A stretch of DNA of 62,291 nt, filler included, from 4 parts of 4 records of this genome joined end to end with filler, not necessarily neighbours in it; one strand, 5' to 3'; numbered from the whole stretch's first letter, positions 29,359 to 41,157 are shown. Notes: generated by a model not told the origin, from the letters alone. Translations and numbers: made by a program.

Positions 29359-32088
29359 ATGAAGCAGAATTTACTTAGTTTGATTACAGCGTTTGTGCTG
29401 GTTCTAGTAACTCAGGCAGGTTTTTCCCAGGATGGCGGCAGGTCCGGGATATCCGGCCAGGTAATCGGTAGTGATGATGAGACTTTACCGGGGGCTACTG
29501 TTATAGCTGTTGAATCGTCATCAGGATCGCAGTACGGAACCGTTACAGATCTCGATGGTAACTTTACCATTAAAAAAATGAAAGCCGGTGATTACACCAT
29601 CACCGTAACTTTTGTTGGTTATTCGCAAAATGAGCTAACTGCAACCCTCGCTGAAGGGCAGACAAAAGTGATCGGAAGGATTGAGCTACAGTCTCAGTCA
29701 ATTGGTCTGTCAGGCATTAACATCATTGCCGACCGGGCGAAGGAACGTGAAACACCAGTTGCTTTTTCAACCATCGAGAGCAAGCAGCTGGAAGAGCAAC
29801 TCGGCTCACGCGACATTCCTTTGGTACTCAACGTAACACCAAACGTGTATTCAACCCAGCAGGGTGGTGGTGCCGGTGATGCCAGGATTAATGTGCGCGG
29901 TTTTAATCAGAACAACGTTGCCATTATGATCAATGGTGTGCCAGTGAATGATATGGAAAACGGCTGGGTTTACTGGTCGAACTGGGATGGTATCGGCGAT
30001 GCTACATCCTCCATCCAGATGCAGCGTGGTATGAGCGCTGTAAACCTGGCTACCCCCTCAATTGGTGGTACAATGAACGTAATTTCGAGCCCGGCAGCAC
30101 AGAAAAAAGGTGTTATGTTCAGGCAGGAATACGGTTCAGGCATGTTCTTTAAAACAACATTGATGGCACATACCGGACTGGTTGACGGCAAGTGGGCCTT
30201 AAGTGCAGGTGGTGTTCGCAAAACCGGTAATGGTGTAATCGACAAAACCTGGACGGATGCATGGGCATATTATCTGGGTGCAAGCTACAACATCAATTCA
30301 AAGAACAGGTTGGAATTCTATGCAATGGGTGCTCCTCAACGCCACGGCCAGAATCTGTATCGCCAAAACATCGCAGCGTATGATCATGAGTACGCAAAAG
30401 ATGAATTTAATTATCCCCAGGAAGCACTTGAAGCATTCCCGGAATCAGTAAGCGGCAGGTTTTATAATGAAAACTGGGGTGAGGCTTCCCATAAATACAC
30501 TGGCGACCAGTACTGGAACGGTAAAGCAAGAGAACGCTACAGCCCAGATTTCATCAATGAACGTGAAAACTATTACCACAAACCTTTGATTAACCTCAAC
30601 TGGTATTCACAACTCAGTGATGATCTGAACCTCTTTACAACAGCATACTACTCCGGGGGTAAAGGTGGTGGTACCGGAACCTACGGCAGTATGAAGTGGG
30701 ACTATTCAGGTCCTTCAAGAATGGTTGATTTCAGAGCAACTGTGGAAAATAATATGGAAAGCGATACTGCATTTGGTGTACTAAGAAACAGTACAAACAA
30801 CCAATGGACAGTAGGCGTTATTTCAAAGTTGAGGTGGGATATTTCTGAAAATTTAAAGGCATCTGTCGGTATTGACGGAAGAACTGCAGAAATCGAACAC
30901 TTCAGGGAAATCAGGGATATGCTTGGCGGAAAGTTTTTTTATTTTGACGGAAACCAGTTCGACAACGAAGGCCAGTACAACAAAGTTTTAGGCGATAAGA
31001 TCGATTATTTCTTTACCAATAAAGTAAACTGGATAGGTGGTTATGTGCAGAGTGAATATTCTAACGGTGTATTTTCAGCATATGGTACAGCTGGTTATTC
31101 GATGATTAAGTATAATTATACCAATCACTTCAGAATGGCTGAAGGCTCAAGTGATGAATTGACCGCCGAAACCAGTGGTATTGGTGGGTATCAGATTAAA
31201 GGTGGGGCTGCTTACAATTTCACAGAAACACTCAGCGCATTTGCCAACCTTGGTTACGTTTCAAAAGTTCCGATTTTTGATGCTGTTATCAACGACCGTA
31301 ATGGTACCGTTGCTGAAGATCCTGAAAACGAAAAATTCACATCCGTTGAAGCAGGTTTAAGCTACAGAAGTCTGGACAACCGTTTCTGGGTTAATGCAAA
31401 CTACTACTACACAACCTGGAAAGACCGTACTTTAAGCCTTGGTATTGTTAACCAGGATGGATCCGAAGGATTTGTTTTCATTACCGGAATGTCACAGAAT
31501 CACTCGGGTGTTGAACTCGAAGGTAACTGGCGTCCAATCGATCAGTTAGCGATTAACTTTGCAGGGTCTTTAAATAACTGGGTTTATACTGACGATGTAT
31601 CAGGCGTGGTTAAGGATTATGAAGACCCTGATAATACTGAGGAAGAATATAACTACTATGTAAAAGATCTGAAAGTTGGTGATGCTCCACAAACTCAAGG
31701 TGTTCTTGGTGTTACGGTTTATCCGATAGAAGGTATGCGTGCTCAGCTTTTGGGCAGGTACTATACCAATTATTATGCTGACTGGGATCCTTTCTCAAGA
31801 ACTGATCCGGAAGATAAAGAGCAGGTTTGGGAAGTGCCTTCATACACCGTATTTGATTTCCACTTTGGGTATGAGCTCCCATTTGAGGCTACAGGTGCAA
31901 CATTTGAGGTTTTTGCAAACGTGTTTAACCTCTTCGACGCAACCTATATTCAGGATGCCACCGACAATAGCCGTTACAATGGTTATTATGGCGACAATAA
32001 TGAATATTCACATACAGCTGCTGCTGCTGAGGTTTTCCTTGGACTCCCAAGAACTTACAACATTGGTCTGCTGATTAATGTACACTAA
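29359..32088 (+). CDS. TonB-dependent receptor, paralog of the upstream gene
   Basis: Shared blocks ENGxVYWxNWxG, GAPxRHGQ, ENxYHKP, VGxAPQ, ADxDP. Confidence 0.93.
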   Translation: MKQNLLSLITAFVLVLVTQAGFSQDGGRSGISGQVIGSDDETLPGATVIAVESSSGSQYGTVTDLDGNFTIKKMKAGDYTITVTFVGYSQNELTATLAEGQTKVIGRIELQSQSIGLSGINIIADRAKERETPVAFSTIESKQLEEQLGSRDIPLVLNVTPNVYSTQQGGGAGDARINVRGFNQNNVAIMINGVPVNDMENGWVYWSNWDGIGDATSSIQMQRGMSAVNLATPSIGGTMNVISSPAAQKKGVMFRQEYGSGMFFKTTLMAHTGLVDGKWALSAGGVRKTGNGVIDKTWTDAWAYYLGASYNINSKNRLEFYAMGAPQRHGQNLYRQNIAAYDHEYAKDEFNYPQEALEAFPESVSGRFYNENWGEASHKYTGDQYWNGKARERYSPDFINERENYYHKPLINLNWYSQLSDDLNLFTTAYYSGGKGGGTGTYGSMKWDYSGPSRMVDFRATVENNMESDTAFGVLRNSTNNQWTVGVISKLRWDISENLKASVGIDGRTAEIEHFREIRDMLGGKFFYFDGNQFDNEGQYNKVLGDKIDYFFTNKVNWIGGYVQSEYSNGVFSAYGTAGYSMIKYNYTNHFRMAEGSSDELTAETSGIGGYQIKGGAAYNFTETLSAFANLGYVSKVPIFDAVINDRNGTVAEDPENEKFTSVEAGLSYRSLDNRFWVNANYYYTTWKDRTLSLGIVNQDGSEGFVFITGMSQNHSGVELEGNWRPIDQLAINFAGSLNNWVYTDDVSGVVKDYEDPDNTEEEYNYYVKDLKVGDAPQTQGVLGVTVYPIEGMRAQLLGRYYTNYYADWDPFSRTDPEDKEQVWEVPSYTVFDFHFGYELPFEATGATFEVFANVFNLFDATYIQDATDNSRYNGYYGDNNEYSHTAAAAEVFLGLPRTYNIGLLINVH

Positions 32089-32106
32089 TTCGAAATAAAT
32101 ACAGAT

Positions 32107-32139
32107 AAGGGCTGTTCAAATTTTGGGCAGCCCTTTTTT
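32107..32139 (+). terminator. Intrinsic terminator
   Basis: AAGGGCTGTTCAA/TTGGGCAGCCCTT plus U-tract. Confidence 0.85.
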
Positions 32140-32186
32140 CATGTTACTTTGTCCCCTTACCTTTAACTCGTCAAATGTTAAATGTC

Positions 32187-33413
32187 ATGAAATCATCGCA
32201 GTTTTGCCTATTACTCCTGCTCATTGCGGTTTTTGTTTCCGGGTGTTGCAGTTTTGCCGGTTACAAGCAGGTTGAAGAGCCTTATCTGGTTGTGCTTTCC
32301 ATGGACGGCTTCCGGTGGGATTATACAGATAATGCCGAAACGCCAAATCTTGATAAATTCCTGGCCTCTGGTACCAAAGCAAAACGGATGATCCCATCTT
32401 ATCCCACAAAAACATTTCCCAACCATTATACGCTGGCAACCGGCCTTTACCCTGACCATCACGGCATTGTACTTAATGGTTTTTACGATCCGAAAAATGA
32501 CAGGTATTATGCAGTTCACGATCGTGAATCGGTGTGCGATGGCACCTTTTATGGAGGTGAACCCATTTGGGTAACGGCCGAAAAACAAGGTGTGAAATCT
32601 GCATCATTGTTCTGGGTTGGTTCGGAAGCTGAGATCGATGGCGTAAGGCCTTCTTTGTGGAAAAAATATCAGCATAACATGCCCTATGAAGACAGGATTG
32701 ATACGGTGATCGGGTGGCTGGAAAGGCCTGCAAAACTTCGTCCGCATCTTATTATGTGGTATTTTGATGAACCAGATGGTATTGGCCATGATGCCGGCCC
32801 TGACAGCAAAGAGACAATCCAGACCATCCAGTATCTGGATTCGCTGGTTGGCGTATTTATGTTCAGGCTTGCACAACTTGACATCGCTGACAAGATCAAT
32901 TTTATTGTTACTTCTGATCATGGCATGGGTAACATTTCTGAGGATAAGGTTGTGATGTTAAACGAATATCTTGACTCAGCATGGATGGCTGAAATTCAGG
33001 GTGGAAATCCATGCTGGAATATTTTGGCGGCTGAAGGGTATGATGATGAAATTGAATCGGCATTGCATGGTGTGGAAGGATTGAGTTGGTGGCCGTCGGC
33101 AGATGTTCCTGACAGATTGAATTATGGGGCCAATCCGAGAACCCTTGATTTTACGCTGGTGGCAGATAGTTCCTGGAGCCTGTTTTACGATAAAAAAGGG
33201 AGCTACTTTGGTGGAACACACGGGTTTGACAATGCGAACATGGATATGCATACCATCCTGATGGCCCGTGGCCCGGCTTTTCGTGATGATGAATTCGTCA
33301 ATCCGGTCTGCCGGAATGTTAGTTTGTATCCCCTGATGTGTGAGGTGCTTGGATTAATACCGGCAGAGCATGATGGTGATTTAAATGAGGTTAAAAACAT
33401 GCTCATTAATTAG
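32187..33413 (+). CDS. Nucleotide pyrophosphatase/phosphodiesterase (NPP family), probable lipoprotein
   Basis: SMDGFR, TKTFPNH (Thr nucleophile), EPDGIGH, TSDHGM, HGFDN; lipobox-like VSGC. Confidence 0.93.
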   Translation: MKSSQFCLLLLLIAVFVSGCCSFAGYKQVEEPYLVVLSMDGFRWDYTDNAETPNLDKFLASGTKAKRMIPSYPTKTFPNHYTLATGLYPDHHGIVLNGFYDPKNDRYYAVHDRESVCDGTFYGGEPIWVTAEKQGVKSASLFWVGSEAEIDGVRPSLWKKYQHNMPYEDRIDTVIGWLERPAKLRPHLIMWYFDEPDGIGHDAGPDSKETIQTIQYLDSLVGVFMFRLAQLDIADKINFIVTSDHGMGNISEDKVVMLNEYLDSAWMAEIQGGNPCWNILAAEGYDDEIESALHGVEGLSWWPSADVPDRLNYGANPRTLDFTLVADSSWSLFYDKKGSYFGGTHGFDNANMDMHTILMARGPAFRDDEFVNPVCRNVSLYPLMCEVLGLIPAEHDGDLNEVKNMLIN

Positions 33414-33414
33414 T

Positions 33415-33993
33415 ATGGAGTTTCTGAATCAATACAATATTATTCTAGCTTCCAAATCTCCAAGGAGGAAGCAGCTGCTGCAGGAAATGGGCATTGATTT
33501 CGGGATCAGAATGAAAAATGTGGATGAATCCTTTCCAAAAAATCTTACAAAAGAACAAGTAGCCATTTACCTCTGCGAAAAAAAAGCTGTAGCATTCTCC
33601 GAATCCGAAATTGGTGGTAAAGACCTGATTATTACGGCCGATACCATCGTTTGCCTGGGTGATAGTATTTTGAATAAACCGGGAGACCGCGCGCATGCCA
33701 TCCGGATGTTACATGATTTATCAGGTAAAAAACATGAGGTAATTACCGGCGTATGTTTACGGACCAGGCAAAAGCAGCACGCATTTTATGTTACGACGGA
33801 TGTTTATTTTAAAAACCTCACCTCCGGGGAAATTGCATATTACGTTGATCGTTACAAGCCTTTCGATAAAGCCGGCTCATACGGCATACAGGAATGGATT
33901 GGCCACATCGGCATCGAAAAAATCGAAGGCTCCTATTTTAATGTCATGGGATTGCCAACAACAAAGCTTTACCAGGCACTGTTAAATTTTTAA
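33415..33993 (+). CDS. maf: Maf-family nucleoside triphosphate pyrophosphatase
   Basis: LASKSPRR, ADTIV, KP, DKAGSYGIQ, NVMGLP. Confidence 0.95.
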   Translation: MEFLNQYNIILASKSPRRKQLLQEMGIDFGIRMKNVDESFPKNLTKEQVAIYLCEKKAVAFSESEIGGKDLIITADTIVCLGDSILNKPGDRAHAIRMLHDLSGKKHEVITGVCLRTRQKQHAFYVTTDVYFKNLTSGEIAYYVDRYKPFDKAGSYGIQEWIGHIGIEKIEGSYFNVMGLPTTKLYQALLNF

Positions 33994-34026
33994 GATACAA
34001 ATACACCAGGAGTTCTGTTTGGTTTT

Positions 34027-35913
34027 TTATTCATTCAACCTTGCGGGCCCTTCCCCGAAATCCAATCTTTTCACCTTAAAAAACGAAACCATTTCATTCA
34101 GGTTTCCAGCCTGTCCTGATAGTTCCTCGGCGCTGGCAGCTAATTCTTCGGCTGCTGAGGCATTGGTTTGGATAACATTGTTGAGTTGAATCACGGCCTG
34201 GTTTATTTCTGTAATGCCTGATGACTGCTCAATGCTGGCCGTATTAATTTCTTCAACCAATGAGGATGTTTCCCTGATATGCGGGGTGGTGGTGTTGAGC
34301 AGATCACCGGATTTTTGTGCGATTCCAACGCTGGCTTTGGATATTTTTTCGATCTCCCTGGCGGCTTCACGGCTACGCTCCGCCAGCACTTTCACTTCTG
34401 AAGCTACAGCGGCAAAACCTTTCCCGTGTTCGCCAGCCCTGGCGGCTTCCACGGCGGCATTTAATGCCAGTAGGTTGGTGGTTTTTGAAATATCGTTGAT
34501 GATGGTGATTTTATGAATGATCTGGTGGATGGATTGTAAAGTGCTCTGAACGGCATCATTCCCTTCTTCCATTTCATCCTTGGTATTCGATGCTATCCTT
34601 TCGGCCTTTTGGGTGTTTTTAATGTTGGTTTGCACCATGCTGTTAATTTCCATCAATTGTGATGCAACTTCTTCTGAAGAGGCTGCCTGCTCGCTTGCCC
34701 CCGAAGAAATACTTTGTGATGATTCGTTGATCTGGTTGCTGACCTCCAGGAAATGCATCGAGGCATTCATTACGGTTTGTATCACTTCGGTTAGTTTTTC
34801 CTGCATCATTCGCAACCTGTCAGCTATTCTGCCAAATTCATCTTCGCTGTGGATATCTATCTCACCAGTAAAATCACCTTCACTAATCAGCTTAACAGCA
34901 GCAATTGTTTTATGAAATGGCCTGTTGATGTATTTGGCATTAATAATGATTAGCAGGATGAATACAGACGATGTTGCCAGGATGATCAGGAAAACAACCG
35001 TTGCAAGTTTGCCGTTTTCCATTTCGCGCCAAGCTGTGATATCGTATGTACAGTAGAATACACCAACCTGGTTTTGTTCAAAATCATATATCGGGAAAGT
35101 AGAAATCACATTTTTATTATCAATGGCCATAAAAGGCCCCTTTTTCCCCTGTTTAAGATAACCGGTCCGGTAACCGGTGATAGGAATATCAGCTGTTTGA
35201 TCTATCAATATAAAGTTGTTTAGTTTTTTGTCGATACCTTTTTTCCAAATTACATGCTCTTCTTCCTGTTCAATAAAAATACTTATGGTTTGTTCTTCCT
35301 CCAGTTGAATATTGTTGATAATTTCATCCAGCAGGTAAAAATTCTCAACAGAACCCAATACCACTCCGTTTTTAATAACCGGGCTGATTCCTCTAACAAC
35401 CAGGCCGCCGCGCCCGGCTTCTATACCTGTGTAATATCTTGAAGTGCGAATGGCTTTAATGACCATGTTCCTGAATGCGGATAAATCATCTCCACCGTCG
35501 CCATCTCCGGGAGATCGCCATTCCCTGAGCAGACTTTTGGCAGGAGGCTTATGGAAATGTATTCGAAGGTCGTGGCCATGGATAATAGATTTTCGAAGTG
35601 CTTCAAAATCAGCCGAAAGTTCATCTCTGAGGAATTGTCTCGCTTCATTGTCATCGTCCATCTGGTAGGCTTCCAAAACCGATTCATCAGAGGCGAATAA
35701 TGAAGAAACCATCCTTGCTACCTCACTGGTTTGCATAATATTTTTTTGAATACTTTCCCTGATCATGGTACTGTTGTATTCGGCTTTTTCCTGTTCTCTT
35801 GTAACCACTCTTTTCCAGGCATAAAACGAAATGGTTCCGATGATCGTAACCATAATTATGGCAGTTGGTATTAAAAATTTATTTCGAATAGATAGGTTAG
35901 ATAATACGCTCAT
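34027..35913 (-). CDS. Methyl-accepting chemotaxis protein (TM-Cache-like-TM-HAMP-MA)
   Basis: [29 protein letters not shown] hairpin tip; two TM segments; HAMP DEFG. Confidence 0.95.
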   Translation of the reverse strand: MSVLSNLSIRNKFLIPTAIIMVTIIGTISFYAWKRVVTREQEKAEYNSTMIRESIQKNIMQTSEVARMVSSLFASDESVLEAYQMDDDNEARQFLRDELSADFEALRKSIIHGHDLRIHFHKPPAKSLLREWRSPGDGDGGDDLSAFRNMVIKAIRTSRYYTGIEAGRGGLVVRGISPVIKNGVVLGSVENFYLLDEIINNIQLEEEQTISIFIEQEEEHVIWKKGIDKKLNNFILIDQTADIPITGYRTGYLKQGKKGPFMAIDNKNVISTFPIYDFEQNQVGVFYCTYDITAWREMENGKLATVVFLIILATSSVFILLIIINAKYINRPFHKTIAAVKLISEGDFTGEIDIHSEDEFGRIADRLRMMQEKLTEVIQTVMNASMHFLEVSNQINESSQSISSGASEQAASSEEVASQLMEINSMVQTNIKNTQKAERIASNTKDEMEEGNDAVQSTLQSIHQIIHKITIINDISKTTNLLALNAAVEAARAGEHGKGFAAVASEVKVLAERSREAAREIEKISKASVGIAQKSGDLLNTTTPHIRETSSLVEEINTASIEQSSGITEINQAVIQLNNVIQTNASAAEELAASAEELSGQAGNLNEMVSFFKVKRLDFGEGPARLNE

Positions 35914-36109
35914 AGCTGATTAATTTGTTCATGTCAAAACCTGACAGGGCTGCTGGTTATAATAACTACATTTCGATTTCTTTTGCAGATTCCCCCGTTA
36001 AATTATGGGTAAAAGTAAAACATTTCTACCAATGATTAATCAACCGCCTGATTGTTTAAAAGTAGTATTTTAGCAAGCAAAGAACGCTCATGCTAAAAGC
36101 GGATTAAAT

Positions 36110-38177
36110 ATGAACCGGGATCAGGACAAAGAACAGATTGCTAAGCGAAACCAAATTCTTAATATCGAAATAGAACAACTGCGTGAATCTTTAAAGAAAT
36201 CCCAGAAATCCGTTTCCGAATACCGGCAGATTGTAGAAAACGCCAACTCGGCCATAATCAAGCTTTCAACCAGCGGTGAAGTCGATTACATCAATCCCTA
36301 TGCTAAAATGTTGTTTGGCGAGGAAGAAACCACCCAATCCAGGCAAAAAGTATATCAGTCGATATTAAAGAAGAAGCGGACCAAAAAGAGCACTGTTGCT
36401 GATACGATCCGCGAATTGAGTGAAGATCGGCTAAAAAACATCCACCACGAAAACAGGATTTTAAGGCCGGATGGAAAGCAGGTTTGGATTTCGTGGACCA
36501 ACAGGTTGCTCTATGATGAATCAAAAAAAGTAACCGGCTTGATTGCCATTGGTGTTGATATATCAAAACGAAAAACCGCCGAGGAAGCCATGCGAGAAAG
36601 TGAGTTTAATCTTTCAAAAGCTCAGGAAGTGGCAAAAACCGGCAGCTGGGCATGGGAGATTGACACTGATTTTATCCATTGTTCCGACTATTTTCTGAAG
36701 ATTTTTGGTCTTTCCCCTGTAACCAGCTATAAGCTGTTGCTAGAGCAATTGAATCAGATAATCTATCCTGAATACAGGGATTATATCAACAAGAAAATTC
36801 AGCGTGCAGTTAAAAAAGGCACTACCGAATCATTTTCATACCGCATCATGCACCCCACCGGCGAAAAGCGCTGGATCATGGAAGAAGTTTCACTCCTGGG
36901 GGATATTGGTAAAAAGAAACAGATGCTCATTGGAACGGTTAGGGATGTTACTGAGCAAAGGCAATCTGAGGATAAACTCAGAGAATATCTGCTCATCGTT
37001 TCATCATCCAGCGAGTTGATGTCACTCATCGATCGCGACTACCGGTATGTAAATGTGAATCAGGCTTATCTTGATGCATATAACCGCAAAGCCAGTGAAA
37101 TTGAAGGCAGGACCGTCCCCGACATTTTTGGTAAGGAAACTTTTGAGAAAATCATCAAACCAAATATCGATAAATGTTTGCTTGGAGAACACCTCACCGA
37201 CCAGTACTGGTTTACATTTCCCAATGGCCAAAGGTGCTTTCTGGATGTTAAATACAACCCTGTTTTGGAAGTGGATGGAACCATATCAGGCGTTACCGTT
37301 AGTGCTCGCGATATTACCGATCTGAAAAAAACGGAGGAGCAGCTCAATATCTTTAAACTTTTTGCCGAAGAATCAGGAGTAGGTTTTGGAATGGCCAATA
37401 TGGATGGTAAAATATCGTATGTTAATTCCCGGTTGAGCAGCATGGCCGGATATGCCGATCCGGCTAATTTGAAAGGGAAAAGCATTTTTGATTCATATCT
37501 CGGTACGCATAAGGAAAAAATATTTGATGACATCCTCCCCGAAATTCGATCGAAAGGACAATATACCGGTGAAATCGATCTGGTTAGAAAAGACGGCATT
37601 GTAATCCATACCATCGAAAACTTTTTTATCATTCGCAACGAAGAAGATGAGCCGGTTTCGTTTGCGCTTACAGTAACAGATATTACCGATCGTAAGTTGG
37701 CCGAGCAAGCACTGCAACAAAGCGAAAGTAATTTCAGGACAATATTTACCAATGCTGCCATCGGCATCGATGTGGTGGATGCCAAAGGCCGTTTTCTTCA
37801 GGTAAACCAGGCTCTTTGCGATATGATGGGATACACCCCAAAAGAGTTGACGGAATTGAAAATTGATGAAGTTACATATCATGAAGATGTTGGCAGGAGC
37901 ATGAAACCCCTTGGTAAGCTTTTTAAGGGTAAGTCAGATTTTTACAGGATTGAGAAAAGGTATGTACGAAAAAATGGGGAGATATTCTGGGCCGACCTTT
38001 CCGTAACAGATTACTATGATGTGGTAAACGACCGGAAACTGGCAATCGGTACCATCATTGATATTACAGAAGCCAAACGATTGCATGAAGAATTGCGCAA
38101 GTCTCGTGAAGAGGCCATTAAAGCCAACATGGCAAAATCTGAATTTTTGGCCAATATGAGCCACGAGATCAGAACCC
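36110..38177 (+). CDS. Multi-PAS sensor histidine kinase, 3' truncated by contig end
   Basis: Five PAS/PAC repeats ending in DIT/DIS/DVT motifs; H-box KSEFLANMSHEIRT. Confidence 0.93.
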
Positions 38178-38277
38178 NNNNNNNNNNNNNNNNNNNNNNN
38201 NNNNNNNNNNNNNNNNNNNNNTTAATTAATTAANNNNNNNNNNNNNNNNNNNNNNNNNNNNNNNNNNNNNNNNNNNN
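38178..38277. other. Artificial contig linker
   Basis: N run containing TTAATTAATTAA. Confidence 0.99.
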
Positions 38278-38278
38278 A

Positions 38279-38363
38279 TGGTGCAAGGAAAGGGATTTGA
38301 ACCCTCACTGGCTAAGCCAACCACCCCCTCAAGATGGCGTGTCTACCGTTCCACCACCCTTGC
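38279..38363 (-). tRNA. tRNA-Leu (GAG)
   Basis: Acceptor GCAAGGG/TCCTTGC-A-CCA, anticodon arm CCATC-TTGAGGG-GGTGG, long variable arm, GGTTCAAATCC T-arm. Confidence 0.96.
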
Positions 38364-38443
38364 ACTCAAGTGAAATAGATTATAGCATAGTGATAATCAT
38401 TTTTCAAGCTAAAGATAATTGTACTAATTGGATAGGTTGATTT

Positions 38444-39376
38444 TTATTGTTTTGCTCTGATAAATTTTTTTCTATTCAATTTATTATTTACAAAATTCAC
38501 TAATAATACGACTAATAATGCAAATAGAAATCGCCCGAAACTAATAAACATAAAATTAGCTCCAATTGTTATCATAAGTAATGAATCTTCAATTAACGCA
38601 TGACATAAACTAACGAATATAATAGAGTAATTTATATCTCGAGAACTTAAATTTCCGGAATTACTTTCATCTATAAGTAGTGCTCCCCCATATGAAATTC
38701 CCATTGTTAAAGCAACTAAGTTGATATTTACAGCTTTATTTGAAATTCCCATAATTTTAAGTAGTGGCGAAAGAGTTTTGTGCAGTAGTGTCATTAGACC
38801 AATTTTTTCTAAAAAATCCATAAGATTCAGTAAGATAAATATTACAAAAAATATAGTGACATAACTTTTTATTTGAGAGCTTATAAAATTAAATAAAGTA
38901 AATTCAGTATTGTTTGCTTTCCAAATAATATTAGCGTCAGTATCAAATAATGAAAATGAGTTAAAAATTAAATTTAAAATAAAACCAGCTATTAACGCTG
39001 AAATAATTCTTGTAAAAACAATATTAAGAATTTTACCTTTTGCTTTTTTTAATATAGCAGTCTCTATAAACATTGAATGAGCTATAAGAATCATAAAAGC
39101 AAGTGTAGTCATTTCAGCTATAGTAAAACTTTTAGTTTGGGATAAATTAGCCAGTGCAAGCATAGCACCATAAATATTAGTTAACATACCTGTAATCCAA
39201 ACTAATGCCAATTCGCCTGAAAGTCCTGTAAGTTTTGCAATAGGGATGAATAATTTTGATACAATATCTATTAATCCACTTTCTCTAAGAAATGTTATTA
39301 TTATACTCAAGGGAAGTAATATTTTGATCAAAGTAAATGATAAATTTAGTGATTTCTTTAAATTTTTAATAAACAT
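38444..39376 (-). CDS. Nucleoside-recognition (Gate) domain membrane protein
   Basis: Two hydrophobic repeats with AHSMFIE and CHALIED motifs. Confidence 0.8.
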   Translation of the reverse strand: MFIKNLKKSLNLSFTLIKILLPLSIIITFLRESGLIDIVSKLFIPIAKLTGLSGELALVWITGMLTNIYGAMLALANLSQTKSFTIAEMTTLAFMILIAHSMFIETAILKKAKGKILNIVFTRIISALIAGFILNLIFNSFSLFDTDANIIWKANNTEFTLFNFISSQIKSYVTIFFVIFILLNLMDFLEKIGLMTLLHKTLSPLLKIMGISNKAVNINLVALTMGISYGGALLIDESNSGNLSSRDINYSIIFVSLCHALIEDSLLMITIGANFMFISFGRFLFALLVVLLVNFVNNKLNRKKFIRAKQ

Positions 39377-39480
39377 TTTATTCCTTTCATATCATAATTA
39401 AGTTTTATAAATAAATCTAAACATAGAAAGAGCAGGATATTTCATCCTGCAATTTTAATTTGAATTATATATTTAGTTTT

Positions 39481-40413
39481 TTATCTTTTTTTATTTAGCA
39501 TGATACCTTCTAATATATCACTTTCTGAGACATAAATTTTATTTTCTCCAAAAAATTCCATTATCCATTTAAGGACTAAAGTTCCTGAGATTATTACTTC
39601 AGCTCTTTTGGGATGAAGACCAGTTATTTTTTTTCTATCTTCAAGATTAAGAGATTTAAAAAGATTTAAATTTTGCATAATATCTTTCATTGAGAGATTA
39701 TATCCATGAACGATACTGGTATCGTATTCAAGCATTTTTTCTTTAACGCTAACTTGTGTAGTAACAGTACCAGCTACACCAACAAGCTTATAATTTTTAT
39801 TTTTGAGTAAACCGGCTTCTGCAATTGAATCAAAAGTAAATTGTTTAGCTTTTTCTAATTCTGTTTCATAATCTTCATTTGAGAAGAACTTTTCTTTTAC
39901 TCTAACAGAACCGATATTAAAGCTTTTGATAAATTCAATTTGGTCTTTATTACCAGCTATGATTTCAGTACTTCCTCCACCGATATCTATTAAAATAATA
40001 TCTTCATCTAAATCAGACATAGCTCCATTAAAGCAATACTCAGCTTCCGTTTCACCTGCTATACATCTAATCTGTATCCTGGTTTCATCTTTAACTTTAT
40101 TAATAAAATAATCTCTATTTTCAGAATCTCTGGTAGCTGAAGTAGCGCAAGCATCTTTTATTTCAACACCATACTTATCCATATCCTCTGAGTATTCTTT
40201 AATAACTTTTAACGTTCTTTCTATAGCAGTATCTTTTAGATATCTGTTTTTATCTACATCTTCGCCAAGACGTGTAATTTCCATTTTTTTAAGTAATTTA
40301 TTCTCTATATTATGATCATTCATTTCTGCAATAAATAATCTTGTTGTGTTGGTACCAATATCAATGACACCTTTTCTATATTTTTTTGATGAAGCTGCAT
40401 TGTTATGAGTCAT
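39481..40413 (-). CDS. ppx: Ppx/GppA family exopolyphosphatase
   Basis: IDIGTNT, ATSATRD, DIGGGSTE. Confidence 0.93.
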   Translation of the reverse strand: MTHNNAASSKKYRKGVIDIGTNTTRLFIAEMNDHNIENKLLKKMEITRLGEDVDKNRYLKDTAIERTLKVIKEYSEDMDKYGVEIKDACATSATRDSENRDYFINKVKDETRIQIRCIAGETEAEYCFNGAMSDLDEDIILIDIGGGSTEIIAGNKDQIEFIKSFNIGSVRVKEKFFSNEDYETELEKAKQFTFDSIAEAGLLKNKNYKLVGVAGTVTTQVSVKEKMLEYDTSIVHGYNLSMKDIMQNLNLFKSLNLEDRKKITGLHPKRAEVIISGTLVLKWIMEFFGENKIYVSESDILEGIMLNKKR

Positions 40414-40443
40414 ATTTTCTCCTAAATGTTTAGTGAATTATAA

Positions 40444-40962
40444 TTACATCTCATTAATATAGATTTGTTTGATTTTATCTGCGATTTCCTCAATTCCTTC
40501 ATTTCTATTTATGATCTTAAAGTCACAAGAATCATTGTAAATTTCATTTCTTTCTTTAAGAAGAGAAATAATTTTATTATAAGCATCCGGACAGTCAAGA
40601 GTAGGCCTTTTACCTTTTCGTCGTACAACTCTCTCATGAATAAGGTTTATATCACATTCGATTAAACAGATATTCGAGTGTTGCTGTAATGATTTAATAT
40701 TTTCAGTATCTAAAATTGCTCCGCCACCGGTAGAAATAACTGTATTACTTCTATTTTTAATTTCTTTAATTGTATTTCTCTCTATGTTTCGAAAATACTC
40801 TTCACCTTTTGTGGCAAAAATTTGTGCGACACTTCTAGCTTCTTTTCGCTCAATTTCTCTGTCTACATCAATGAAATCCATATCAAGTTTTTTTGCAAGT
40901 GCTCTTCCAACAGTGGTTTTTCCCACTCCCATGAATCCTATAAGGGATAAATTTGTTTTCAT
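40444..40962 (-). CDS. aroK: Shikimate kinase
   Basis: GFMGVGKTT, GEEYFR, STGGG, RP motifs. Confidence 0.95.
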   Translation of the reverse strand: MKTNLSLIGFMGVGKTTVGRALAKKLDMDFIDVDREIERKEARSVAQIFATKGEEYFRNIERNTIKEIKNRSNTVISTGGGAILDTENIKSLQQHSNICLIECDINLIHERVVRRKGKRPTLDCPDAYNKIISLLKERNEIYNDSCDFKIINRNEGIEEIADKIKQIYINEM

Positions 40963-41102
40963 ATTTACTAACCTTTCGTTATACATTTAAGTCTAATTTT
41001 GAATAACTACAATAGTATATCATTAAATTCGATTTTTTCCAAATAAACATGAAATTGTATTTTATTATTAATTCTAAATGCAGAAAACTAAATTCTAAAT
41101 AG

Positions 41103-41131
41103 AAAAAACCCTTTAAAATTAAAGGGTTTTT
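41103..41131. terminator. Intrinsic terminator
   Basis: AAAAAACCCTTTAA/TTAAAGGGTTTTTT. Confidence 0.8.
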
Positions 41132-41157
41132 TGTACTAATTTGATATATAATTTTTC

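Noticed and set aside
37066-37785. 239-aa minus-strand ORF, plus other antisense ORFs such as 2502-3074 and 41141-41590
   Set aside because: They shadow well-supported genes on the opposite strand and show no protein motifs
38279-38363. tRNA-Leu at contig edge as an integration site making contig C an island
   Set aside because: No integrase or duplicated tRNA 3' end is visible and the cargo is housekeeping; anything integrated would lie beyond the contig break
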